IMG/VR virus record: IMGVR_UViG_3300012953_003364
Span: 1 to 24,116 of that record
Length of the DNA: 24,116 bases
From: a virus
Taxonomy: Duplodnaviria; Caudoviricetes
Direction: 5' to 3' (one strand)
This document shows, piece by piece, positions 14,350-23,583 of this stretch. The translations under genes were made by a program, and so were the position numbers. The notes below the pieces were generated by a model. That model made no database searches. It saw only the letters and a list, made by a program, of their open reading frames with translations, and was not told where the DNA came from. The stretch's first letter is position 1. Each line of letters starts with the position of its first letter.

Positions 14350-15173
14350 CAGTTGAAGAGTTACTAGCTTCAAGAAACATATATTTTATACCAAAAGGCG
14401 GAGACTGTTTGGTAAGTTGTCTACATCCTGAACATGAAGATAGAAATCCAAGTATGAGAATTGATCGTATCACAGGGATCTTTCAGTGCTTTTCTTGCGG
14501 TTTCAAAGGTAATATATTTCATTATTTTGGTGAAAAGGCAAACTATTTGCAAGTAAGAAGGGAGTTACTAAAGAAAACCATTCGTTCAAAAAGGTCTGAA
14601 AGTATTGGTTTGTCGTTTCCAAAAGATATTGTTCCATACATAGGAAACTGGAGAAATATAAAACCTGCAACATATAGAAAATTTGAAGCGTTTCAACACC
14701 ACGATTCAGATCATATAGGAAGAATAGTATTTCCTGTAAGAGATATATCTGGTAGAGTTGTAGCTTTCAATGGTCGTCATACTACGGGCGGAACGCCTAA
14801 GTATATGATATCTCCTGCAGGAGCAAAGATGCCTTTGTTCCCAATAGTAGAACCAATACAAGGAGCAGTAATACTTGTAGAAGGAATCTATGATATGATC
14901 AACCTTCACGATAAAGGTTTGACAAATGCAGTTTGTTGTTTTGGAACAAAGAATATAAATGAAGATAAGCTAAGAATGCTCTCAATACAGGGAGTAGAAA
15001 GTATAGATATATTCTTTGACGGAGATGATGCAGGACAGACAGCAGCAAAAGAAGTAAAAGAGATGGTAGAGCGAGTAGGCTTATACCCTAGAAATGTGCA
15101 TTTGAAAGATAGCGATCCAGGTGCATTAACAGAAACAAGAGTAGATAAACTAAAGAGTAAATTATATGGCTAA
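14346..15173 (+). CDS. DNA primase (CHC2 Zn finger + TOPRIM)
   Basis: CLHPEHEDRNPS...FQCFSCG; VEGIYD; FDGDDAG; KDSDPG. Confidence 0.92.
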   Translation: MTVEELLASRNIYFIPKGGDCLVSCLHPEHEDRNPSMRIDRITGIFQCFSCGFKGNIFHYFGEKANYLQVRRELLKKTIRSKRSESIGLSFPKDIVPYIGNWRNIKPATYRKFEAFQHHDSDHIGRIVFPVRDISGRVVAFNGRHTTGGTPKYMISPAGAKMPLFPIVEPIQGAVILVEGIYDMINLHDKGLTNAVCCFGTKNINEDKLRMLSIQGVESIDIFFDGDDAGQTAAKEVKEMVERVGLYPRNVHLKDSDPGALTETRVDKLKSKLYG

Positions 15174-17442
15174 CGTTGCCCTAATAGAAACGAAACCTAG
15201 TAGAACAAACTTTAAAAAAGAATTTGATAATGCATTTGACTTTGATCAGTATCAACTATGTTCTGATCCAACTATCAAGAAAGTCTTAAAACGAGACTGT
15301 GATATAGATATAGATATAGATGCATATGACTGGTTAATCCTTGTAGGTAGTGATGCTTTGAAATACTTCACACCTATTAATTCAGTCACAGAATACTCTG
15401 GTAAGAAAGTAGAAGATAAATTTTTACCAGTGATAAACCCATCAATGCTGGCATTCAAGCCAGAGGCAAGGAGAACATGGGAAGACTCAAAGAAAAGTAT
15501 TATAGACTACATAAGTGGAAACGCAGAAGATGTAGTAGTCACCCCCGAAATGGCAAAGGGGATACAGAATACAGAAGAAGCCAATCAATGGCTCAAAGAA
15601 TGCTACAATGCCAAACCTCCTTATGTAGCATTAGACTCAGAGACAACAGGATTATACCCAAGAGACGGGCACATAATAGGTATTTCCGTTTGTTATGATG
15701 GAGTAAATGGTGTCTACATAGACACAGAATGTTTTAACGAGGAAACAGAAGAACTTTTACAGCTTATCTTTGATCAGTCTATAATTGTATTTCATAATGC
15801 AAAGTTTGATATGGCGTTCTTTGAGTATCATTTTAACTCAAAGTTTCCTCGATTCGAAGATACAATGCTTCTTCACTATCTCATAGATGAAAACCCAGGA
15901 ACTCATGGCTTAAAACAACTAGCTATAAAGTATACTAAGTTTGGAGACTATGAGAAGCCCATGTACGACTGGATAGATAATTATAGAAAAGAAAAGGGTG
16001 TACTCAAGAATGATTTTACTTGGGACTCAATACCTTTTGAAGTAATGAAAACATATGCTGCAATGGATGCAGTAGTCACGTTTCTAATATATGAAAAGTT
16101 TGTAAAGATAAAACAAAATAAAAGACTTTGTAAAGTATATGATGAAATATTAATTCCCGGATGCAGGTTTCTTACAGACATACAGGACAATGGTGTTCCT
16201 TTTGATAAGCTCAGACTTGTCAAATCTCAATCACTAATGCAACAGCAGATAGATGATGCCATTGAAGAGATGTACAAAGAACCTTCCATAAGAAAATTTG
16301 AAGAGATAAATGGAAAAGATTTTAATCCTAATAGTACTGTACAGCTTCGTAGTTTATTGTTTGACTTCGTTGGCCTCAATCCAACTGGTAAAAAGACTGG
16401 CACTGGCGCACATTCGACAGATGCAGAAGTTCTTGAAGAGCTCTCTAAACAATCCCACATCCCGAAGCTCATCCTTGAAATACGGCAAAAATCCAAAATT
16501 AAAAATACTTATTTGGACAAAATCTTACCGCAGTTGGATCTTGATAGTAGATTGCGTACAGGTTTTAACCTTCATGGTACTACTTCTGGCAGGCTTTCTT
16601 CTAGTGGCAAACTCAATATGCAACAACTGCCTAGAGACAACCCTATTGTAAAAGGATGTATAAAAGCAGCTCCTGGTAATAAAATAGTTGCAATGGATTT
16701 GACCACAGCAGAAGTTTATGTTGCGGCAGTTCTTGCAAACGATAATGCACTTATGGATGTATTTCGTTCTGGCGGAAACTTTCACAGTACAATCGCACAT
16801 AAAGTATTCAAACTAAAATGTCCTGTAGAAGATGTTGCAGAGTTGTTTACTACTCAAAGACAGGCAGCAAAAGCTGTAACATTTGGTATTATGTACGGTG
16901 CAGGACCAGCAAAGATTAGTGAGCAGGTTACAAAAGACTCTGGTACATATTTTAGTAGACAAGAAGCACAAGAAGTAATTGATGAATACTTCAATGCCTT
17001 TCACAAACTCAAATCATGGATAGAACAAAATCAAAAATTTATTCAGCAAAACGGATTTATTTACAGCTTCTTCGGAAGAAAAAGGAGATTACCAAATGTC
17101 GCATCGACAGACAAAGGCATCCAGAGCCATAGCGTTAGGTCTGGTCTTAATTTTCTGGTGCAGTCTGCTGCTTCTGATATTAACCTTTTAGGCGCAGTAG
17201 ATATGAACAAGCATATACAAGCAAACAATATGAGAAGCCGTATTTTTGCTCTAGTACATGACTCAATTCTCGCAGAAGTACCAGAGAAAGAAGTAGACTA
17301 CTACAAAGAAAAATTAGCACATTTTGTGCAACTTGATAGAGGTTTATCTATACCAGGCACTCCTGTAGGCTGTGATTTTGAAATAGTACATGAAGACTAT
17401 TCAGGAGGAAAGTTCGAGAAAATGTATGGTAATTACATATAA
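15166..17442 (+). CDS. pol: family A DNA polymerase with 3'-5' exonuclease (T5-type)
   Basis: Exo I LDSETTG, Exo II HNAKFD, Exo III YAAMDA; SGRLSS, motif A DLTTAEV, motif B RQAAKAVTFGIMYG, motif C VHDS. Confidence 0.96.
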   Translation: MANVALIETKPSRTNFKKEFDNAFDFDQYQLCSDPTIKKVLKRDCDIDIDIDAYDWLILVGSDALKYFTPINSVTEYSGKKVEDKFLPVINPSMLAFKPEARRTWEDSKKSIIDYISGNAEDVVVTPEMAKGIQNTEEANQWLKECYNAKPPYVALDSETTGLYPRDGHIIGISVCYDGVNGVYIDTECFNEETEELLQLIFDQSIIVFHNAKFDMAFFEYHFNSKFPRFEDTMLLHYLIDENPGTHGLKQLAIKYTKFGDYEKPMYDWIDNYRKEKGVLKNDFTWDSIPFEVMKTYAAMDAVVTFLIYEKFVKIKQNKRLCKVYDEILIPGCRFLTDIQDNGVPFDKLRLVKSQSLMQQQIDDAIEEMYKEPSIRKFEEINGKDFNPNSTVQLRSLLFDFVGLNPTGKKTGTGAHSTDAEVLEELSKQSHIPKLILEIRQKSKIKNTYLDKILPQLDLDSRLRTGFNLHGTTSGRLSSSGKLNMQQLPRDNPIVKGCIKAAPGNKIVAMDLTTAEVYVAAVLANDNALMDVFRSGGNFHSTIAHKVFKLKCPVEDVAELFTTQRQAAKAVTFGIMYGAGPAKISEQVTKDSGTYFSRQEAQEVIDEYFNAFHKLKSWIEQNQKFIQQNGFIYSFFGRKRRLPNVASTDKGIQSHSVRSGLNFLVQSAASDINLLGAVDMNKHIQANNMRSRIFALVHDSILAEVPEKEVDYYKEKLAHFVQLDRGLSIPGTPVGCDFEIVHEDYSGGKFEKMYGNYI

Positions 17443-17920
17443 ACAGTTTAAGAAGTTAGATTTTCCAATATTTTTACTTGATTCATCCAACTGGGAGATA
17501 GCAGATGGGCTATTATTACTTGATGGCAAATTATTAGACGATAAAAATATGCCAGGAGATTCATTAGGTCTTAGACGTATGCTAACTCCTCACAAAGAAC
17601 AGTATAATCTTAGAAATATGATAACAACTGCAAACGGTCTAATGAAACAAACAACAAAGTATTTTATTGATAATGGGGGAAATCCTTTTGTATATGAAAA
17701 AACTGAGTTTGCACAACTAAAATATTTAAAAATAAAAAAAGTAGAACCTAAAACAAAAGCTTGCTTACTCTGGGTACATGGCTGTAGTTTTCCATTTACA
17801 ATTCCACGACCGCCAGAAACAGGATTTATATGGGCAGGAATATTACATATTAGAAATAACCCTTGGCTTCTGTATGAGTATGCCGAAGAAAAATTAAAAG
17901 ATACACGAAGGAAAGTATGA
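17426..17920 (+). CDS. T5-conserved hypothetical protein between pol and D10
   Basis: LDDKNMPG...RR...FIDNGG...YEK...PWLLYE...DTRRKV; synteny; probable start MVITYK at 17426. Confidence 0.7.
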   Translation: MVITYKQFKKLDFPIFLLDSSNWEIADGLLLLDGKLLDDKNMPGDSLGLRRMLTPHKEQYNLRNMITTANGLMKQTTKYFIDNGGNPFVYEKTEFAQLKYLKIKKVEPKTKACLLWVHGCSFPFTIPRPPETGFIWAGILHIRNNPWLLYEYAEEKLKDTRRKV

Positions 17921-19200
17921 AAGCAGTAATGAGTCATAGAATTTACATGGATTGTCCTGCAGATATGCAAGAGGATTTAGATAAAGAACTCACGTATACA
18001 ATACCTGCGCACAATCCTTTAGATCCTCCACAGGTAATTAAAAATATGGGAATTATTCGTAATGGGTTAGTCTCATTACCGATTGGAAGAACGGATCTAA
18101 TACCAAACCACTATGAAATAGTAGATAAACGAGTAAACATACCAGTAGAATTTCCAAAATTTAAGTTTGATCTACGAGACAGTCAAAAAGCGGTATATGA
18201 TGAAATCATAGACAATGCGATAATAAACGCATGGGTCAGTTGGGGAAAGACTTTTACAGGTTTAGCAATCGCAGGAAAACTAGGGCAGAAAACACTTGTA
18301 GTTACACATACAGTTCCACTTCGAAATCAGTGGGCAAAAGAAGTAGAAAAAGTATTTGGAATCACGCCAGGCATAATAGGTAGTGGTAAGTTTGAACTTG
18401 ATGCTCCTATCGTCATTGGGAATACACAGACATTATACCGTAACATTGAGAAGATTCGTAAAGAGTTTGGCACAATTATACTTGATGAAATGCATCACGT
18501 AAGTAGTCCTACTTTTTCCAGAGTGATAGATACAAATTACTGTAGATATAAGATAGGTCTATCAGGCACTATAGAAAGAAAAGATGGAAAGCACGTAGTG
18601 TTTAGAGATTACTTTGGAAATACAATCTTTAAACCACCAAAAGAAAACTATATGACCCCTAAAATACATATTGTTCCTTCTGAAATACGATTCATGGATG
18701 GAGCAAAGATACCTTGGGCAAATAGAGTAACAAAACTAGCAAACGATGAAGAGTATAGACACACAATCGCAATGCTAGCGGCCGCCTACGCGGCAAGAGG
18801 GCACAAAGTCTTAGTTGTAAGTGACAGAGTAGGATTTCTAAAATCTTGTGCTGAACTTACAGGAGAGAAAGCGATATGCGTAACGGGAGAAGTACCGCAT
18901 GAAGAACGAGAAGTAATGATAGATAAAATTCTTTATGGAAAAGCAGAAGTTCTTTATGGAACTCAAGCAATCTTCTCTGAAGGTATATCAGTTGATAATC
19001 TAAGCTGTTTAATATTAGGCACTCCTATCAACAACGAGCCTCTACTTACGCAGTTAGTAGGTAGAGTAATAAGAAAACAAAAGGGAAAGAGGGATCCAGT
19101 TATCATTGATATTCATCTTAAAGGAAATACTGCCAGAAAACAAGCCTCGAATCGTGTAGGGTTCTACATGAAGCAGGGTTGGAAGATGACATACCTTTAA
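17917..19200 (+). CDS. D10: SF2 helicase (T5 D10 / UvsW-like)
   Basis: Q motif LRDSQ, GKT, DEMHH, GLSGT, SEGIS, QLVGRVIR. Confidence 0.9.
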   Translation: MKAVMSHRIYMDCPADMQEDLDKELTYTIPAHNPLDPPQVIKNMGIIRNGLVSLPIGRTDLIPNHYEIVDKRVNIPVEFPKFKFDLRDSQKAVYDEIIDNAIINAWVSWGKTFTGLAIAGKLGQKTLVVTHTVPLRNQWAKEVEKVFGITPGIIGSGKFELDAPIVIGNTQTLYRNIEKIRKEFGTIILDEMHHVSSPTFSRVIDTNYCRYKIGLSGTIERKDGKHVVFRDYFGNTIFKPPKENYMTPKIHIVPSEIRFMDGAKIPWANRVTKLANDEEYRHTIAMLAAAYAARGHKVLVVSDRVGFLKSCAELTGEKAICVTGEVPHEEREVMIDKILYGKAEVLYGTQAIFSEGISVDNLSCLILGTPINNEPLLTQLVGRVIRKQKGKRDPVIIDIHLKGNTARKQASNRVGFYMKQGWKMTYL

Positions 19201-19210
19201 AAAATATTTC

Positions 19211-19239
19211 TTGACAATTTGGTAAAATTTAAGTATAAT
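19211..19239 (+). promoter_or_regulatory. sigma70-type promoter
   Basis: TTGACA-17 nt-TATAAT. Confidence 0.85.
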
Positions 19240-19241
19240 AT

Positions 19242-19640
19242 ATGCTCTTATTTGATTGGAAGAAGGTTTATGATACGGCACAGGGAGATACTGCTACCTG
19301 TAATAAAATAATGTCAATGCTTATAAAGGGTCAACTCCCTAAAAATAAGTTTGATCCTATCTATAAATTTTCTAATAAAAACTTCACAGGAAACTCTTTT
19401 CTGGTTCATCCAGATGTTCTTTTGTACCATTCTTATAAGTATACACAAAGAGAGCTCGCAATATATTATGCACTAGCTTCTATGAGAAGTTATGGTGAAT
19501 ATCTTGCGACTAGAAAAACCTCATTAGATTCGTTGCACTGTCCAACGCCTCTAACTTTAATAACAGACAACAGGCTACTCGCAGTGGATGAACAGGATAT
19601 ATACTTTCGCTACGAAGAAGTCACGGAGACAATACACTAA
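19242..19640 (+). CDS. T5-conserved hypothetical protein between D10 and D11
   Basis: MLLFDWKKVY...GNSFLVHP...YYALASMR...NRLL...FRYEE; synteny; no SD visible. Confidence 0.7.
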   Translation: MLLFDWKKVYDTAQGDTATCNKIMSMLIKGQLPKNKFDPIYKFSNKNFTGNSFLVHPDVLLYHSYKYTQRELAIYYALASMRSYGEYLATRKTSLDSLHCPTPLTLITDNRLLAVDEQDIYFRYEEVTETIH

Positions 19641-20266
19641 TGGCTATACAATTTAATCAACACAAGGGCTCTGCCCAAAAAACTTCCATCGAAACATTTC
19701 AATATGTAGATGGAGACAACAAAATGAGAATCGTGGGAGACATTCTAGCAAGATATGTCTACTGGATTCAAGGTGAAAACGGAAAGAATATTCCTTTGGA
19801 ATGCCTATCATTCGATAGGAATACAGAAAAATTCAATAATTTAGAAACAGACTGGGTACGTCAGTACTATCCAGATCTAAAATGTGGCTGGAGCTATGCA
19901 ACTCAATGTATAGACAATGGCGCAGTAAAAGTAGTAAACTTAAAGAAAAAACTTTGGGAGCAGATAATTACTGCTGCTGAAGATTTGGGCGATCCTACAA
20001 ATGTAGAAACAGGTTGGGATATTTGCTTCAAGCGAGTAAAGACTGGGCCTCTACCATACAATGTAGAGTATCAATTACAAGCCCTCAAGTGCAAGCCAAG
20101 AGCACTAACAGAAAGTGAGCTAGAAACTATTTCTGATTTAAGATCAATGGATGATGTTATGCCTCGTCCAACTCCTGACGCTCAAAAAGAGCTTCTTGAC
20201 AGAGTAAGAAATAGTGGAGAAGAGACAGATGATGAAGCTCTCGAACAAGAGTTCAATGTAGGATGA
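19640..20266 (+). CDS. D11: T5 D11-like single-stranded DNA-binding protein
   Basis: RIVGDILARYVYW, PLECLSF, KKKLWEQI, KTGPLPYNVEY; acidic C-terminal tail typical of SSBs. Confidence 0.85.
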   Translation: MAIQFNQHKGSAQKTSIETFQYVDGDNKMRIVGDILARYVYWIQGENGKNIPLECLSFDRNTEKFNNLETDWVRQYYPDLKCGWSYATQCIDNGAVKVVNLKKKLWEQIITAAEDLGDPTNVETGWDICFKRVKTGPLPYNVEYQLQALKCKPRALTESELETISDLRSMDDVMPRPTPDAQKELLDRVRNSGEETDDEALEQEFNVG

Positions 20267-21222
20267 TTCTCTTTACGGCAGACTGGCACATAAAGCTAGG
20301 ACAAAAAAACGTACCTGTAAAGTGGGCTATAAACCGTTATCGTTACTTTTTCGAGCAGGTCTATGAATTAGAGAAGCAATGTAATATGCACATAATTGGT
20401 GGCGATCTTTTTGATCGTCTACCAAATATGGAAGAGTTAGAATTATATTTTTCGTTCATTCGAAAGGTAACAATTCCAACAATTATTTATGACGGAAACC
20501 ATGAAGCTACAAAGAAAAATAAAACTTTCTTTACTCAGCTCAAACAAGTTTCTCGTGATATTAACCCTCTCATCAACATAATAGATATCTCTTATGTTGA
20601 CAATGAGTTGGGTTATGGTATACTTCCCTATGCGGATCTGCATCGAAAAGGTGCAATAGAACACTTTAACAAGACACAACCTTTATTTACTCATGTAAGA
20701 GGTGAGATACCTCCTCATGTAAAACCAGAGATTGATCTTAGTCTATTGGAAGATTTTCCAATAGTATTTGCAGGTGATTTACATTCTCACAGCAATACAC
20801 AACAGAATATAGTATATCCAGGAAGTCCGATGACTACATCCTTTCATCGAAACTTAGTAAAGACTGGATATATTCTTATAAATGAAAACAACTGGGAATG
20901 GATGTGGGAAGAGTTTCATCTACCACAACTTATTCGTAAAACAGTAAAGAGTGAAGAAGACATGCTTCCTACTGATTTTCATCACACCATTTATGAGATA
21001 GAAGGAGACATACAAGATTTAGCAACAATAAAAAACTCAGAACTACTTGATAAGAAAGTAGTAGTAAGAAAGTCAGAAACATCTCTTATAATGAGTAAAG
21101 AAATGACAATACAAGAAGAGTTGATGGAATATTTAACATATATTCTACAAATAAATGAAGATAAAGTACCAGACATAATAGGGACATATAATGATTACGC
21201 TTCAAACCTTGAAATGGGATAA
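20263..21222 (+). CDS. D12: Mre11/SbcD-like nuclease (T5 D12)
   Basis: FTADWH, GGDLFD, GNHE, THVRG, AGDLH, YPGSP metallophosphoesterase motifs. Confidence 0.92.
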   Translation: MILFTADWHIKLGQKNVPVKWAINRYRYFFEQVYELEKQCNMHIIGGDLFDRLPNMEELELYFSFIRKVTIPTIIYDGNHEATKKNKTFFTQLKQVSRDINPLINIIDISYVDNELGYGILPYADLHRKGAIEHFNKTQPLFTHVRGEIPPHVKPEIDLSLLEDFPIVFAGDLHSHSNTQQNIVYPGSPMTTSFHRNLVKTGYILINENNWEWMWEEFHLPQLIRKTVKSEEDMLPTDFHHTIYEIEGDIQDLATIKNSELLDKKVVVRKSETSLIMSKEMTIQEELMEYLTYILQINEDKVPDIIGTYNDYASNLEMG

Positions 21223-22987
21223 CTGTTTTAGCTATGGTTCTGGTAATGAGTTAAATTTAAATGATAATATAGTAACACAGATTCTTGGAACAAATGGTAT
21301 GGGAAAGTCTTCCATACCATTAATTATAGAAGAAGCATTATATAATAAAAACTCAAAAGGAATTAAGAAAGCAGACATACCAAATCGGTATGTAAACGAT
21401 GGATACAATATTTATCTCTCTTTCGGAAAAGATGAAGATAGATATGAAATTACTATCAATCGAAAAACAAGTATAAAAGTAAAGCTAGAAAAGAACGGTA
21501 CTGATATTTCTAGCCATACAGCAACAAATACATACAAGACTATACAAGAGATTCTTGGTGTAGATTTTAAAACTTTTTCACAGTTAGTTTATCAAAATAC
21601 AAATGCAAGTTTACAGTTTTTAACTGCTACAGATGCAAACAGAAAGAAGTTTCTGATTGATTTACTACACTTGGAAAAGTATGTAGAGTTATTTGAAATA
21701 TTTAAAAATGCTTCAAGAGAGGTAGCTTTAGTATCAAATACGATAGATGGGAAACTCACAACCGTTGAAAACTGGTTAAAAAATAATAAATTGAGTGATA
21801 CATCTATACTACCTATGTTAGATTTAGAAATTGATACATCCGAAGATGAAGAAGCTTCTCGTTCTTTAACGGTAGAAATTGAAAATATTTCGGAAAAAAA
21901 TAAAAAAATCTCAAAAAATAATCAGTACAAGAAACTATTGGAAGCCATTGATATTGCAAAGATTCAGGCATCATCAGTAAAAGAGTATGAATCCTATGAT
22001 GATTTGCAAGAAGATTTAGGCTCGTATAATGCAGTCGCTACGGGTGCTCTGCAGACTATAGAAAAATTAGAAAAATTAAGTGATGAATGCCCCACTTGTG
22101 GACAACCGATTGATATCTCAACAGAGAAGCAAATGTTGGAAACTGCAAGAGATTTGGCATCGGAAGCTCAAGGAAAAGCAGATGCAATTAAACCAATCAT
22201 TGAAGAAATTAAAAGAAATAATCGTGAGTTCGAAAATAACGAAACTAATCGTAAAAATTGGGAAGATTTGTTTCGATTGTATGATCGTACTTTGCCGTCA
22301 TCTCTTCTGGATCAGCAAGAGTTGCGGTCCCGCTTGGATGATGTTCAAAGCAGATTACGAGAGGCAAAGAAGAATTTGGCAGAACTCGCAGCAGAAAACG
22401 AGCGAAGAACCCATCAAAACACCCGAATACAAGTAATTGAAGAACAAACTGCGGATTTTCAGGCGCAGTTAGAAGAGTATAGTAAAGAACTGAAAGAAAA
22501 TCAAAAACTTGAGTCCAATCTTGAGATATTGAAGAAGTCTTTTAGTACAAATGGATTACTTGCATACAAGATAGAAAATCTTGTCGGAGAGCTTGAAGAA
22601 TTGGCTAATGAATATTTGGCTGAACTTTCTGATGGTAGATTTACACTTGAGTTTGTAGTATCGAACGATAAGTTAAATGTTCAGATTACAGACAACGGTA
22701 ATGTAGTAGATATTCTTGCTCTCTCTTCTGGAGAATTGGCAAGAGTAAACACCGCTACTCTGATAGCAATACGTAAGCTAATGAGTAGCATTTCGAAGTC
22801 TAAAATCAATATATTGTTTTTGGACGAAGTAATAAATGTTCTCGATGATCTAGGTAGAGAAAAAATCGTGGAAGTTTTATTAAGAGAAGGTTTAAACACC
22901 TATATTGTATCTCACGGTTGGTCACATCCTTTACTTGAAAAGATCGAAGTTGTAAAACACGAAAACATAAGTAAATTGGAACACTAA
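21191..22987 (+). CDS. D13: Rad50/SbcC-like ATPase (T5 D13)
   Basis: Walker A GTNGMGKSS, coiled coils, CPTC zinc hook, signature LSSGE, Walker B LFLDE, VSH. Confidence 0.93.
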   Translation: MITLQTLKWDNCFSYGSGNELNLNDNIVTQILGTNGMGKSSIPLIIEEALYNKNSKGIKKADIPNRYVNDGYNIYLSFGKDEDRYEITINRKTSIKVKLEKNGTDISSHTATNTYKTIQEILGVDFKTFSQLVYQNTNASLQFLTATDANRKKFLIDLLHLEKYVELFEIFKNASREVALVSNTIDGKLTTVENWLKNNKLSDTSILPMLDLEIDTSEDEEASRSLTVEIENISEKNKKISKNNQYKKLLEAIDIAKIQASSVKEYESYDDLQEDLGSYNAVATGALQTIEKLEKLSDECPTCGQPIDISTEKQMLETARDLASEAQGKADAIKPIIEEIKRNNREFENNETNRKNWEDLFRLYDRTLPSSLLDQQELRSRLDDVQSRLREAKKNLAELAAENERRTHQNTRIQVIEEQTADFQAQLEEYSKELKENQKLESNLEILKKSFSTNGLLAYKIENLVGELEELANEYLAELSDGRFTLEFVVSNDKLNVQITDNGNVVDILALSSGELARVNTATLIAIRKLMSSISKSKINILFLDEVINVLDDLGREKIVEVLLREGLNTYIVSHGWSHPLLEKIEVVKHENISKLEH

Positions 22988-22988
22988 A

Positions 22989-23186
22989 ATGAATGGTATT
23001 AGAAGAAATCAACTGTGGCATTTAGATAGCGAGAACAAAAAATCAATAATATATTGGACACACAAGTGTTACGGAGTATTACTCTCCACTCCAGATGGAG
23101 AAGTGTGTCCCAACTGTGGAATGAGTGAGGAAGAGTATGGTAGACTCAAGAGCGAAAGGTGCAAGGGGGGAGTATTTAGTACGTGA
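22989..23186 (+). CDS. small putative zinc-ribbon protein
   Basis: HKC...VCPNCG; fills the gap between D13 and D14; starts 1 nt after the D13 stop. Confidence 0.5.
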   Translation: MNGIRRNQLWHLDSENKKSIIYWTHKCYGVLLSTPDGEVCPNCGMSEEEYGRLKSERCKGGVFST

Positions 23187-23583
23187 TATGCTTCGCGATG
23201 CAACTGGCCTTAAATTTGAAAGAGTACCTTCCTCGGGTGCTCTGGAGTATCTCAAAGGAGACTTATATGTTCCCAACCAGAGAAACTATTATTGCATAGA
23301 GGTAAAAAACTATAAAGACTCACCACTCTCAGATAAGGTTTTTACACAACCAAAAACAAATAATTTAGTAAAGTGGTGGAAAAAGATAGTAATACAAGCA
23401 GCAGGAGGCGATCAAAAGCCTTTGTTATTTTTTAAATACGACCGATCTAAAGTATTTGTCGTAACAGAACACAAGCCAGAGAATACAGTAGAGTATCTAT
23501 TTATTCGGTTTCTAAACTGTTATGTACTACTTGCAGAAGATTGGTTACAACATGAAAAAGTGGAGTTTATAAGTGGCTTTTAA
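23137..23583 (+). CDS. D14: Hjc-like Holliday junction resolvase (T5 D14)
   Basis: SRAKGARGE, RVPSSGA, KGD, IEVKNY PD-(D/E)xK motifs; GAGG SD supports ATG 23137. Confidence 0.85.
   Translation: MVDSRAKGARGEYLVRDMLRDATGLKFERVPSSGALEYLKGDLYVPNQRNYYCIEVKNYKDSPLSDKVFTQPKTNNLVKWWKKIVIQAAGGDQKPLLFFKYDRSKVFVVTEHKPENTVEYLFIRFLNCYVLLAEDWLQHEKVEFISGF

Noticed and set aside
15301-15321. (GATATA)n tandem repeat in pol
   Set aside because: In-frame hexamer coding DIDIDID, only about 3.5 copies; no phase-variation consequence.
16310-16651. Alternative-frame 113-aa ORF inside pol, and 118-aa ORF 22080-22436 inside D13
   Set aside because: No SD or protein motifs; they coincide with slightly GC-richer patches of well-conserved genes where off-frame stops are rarer.
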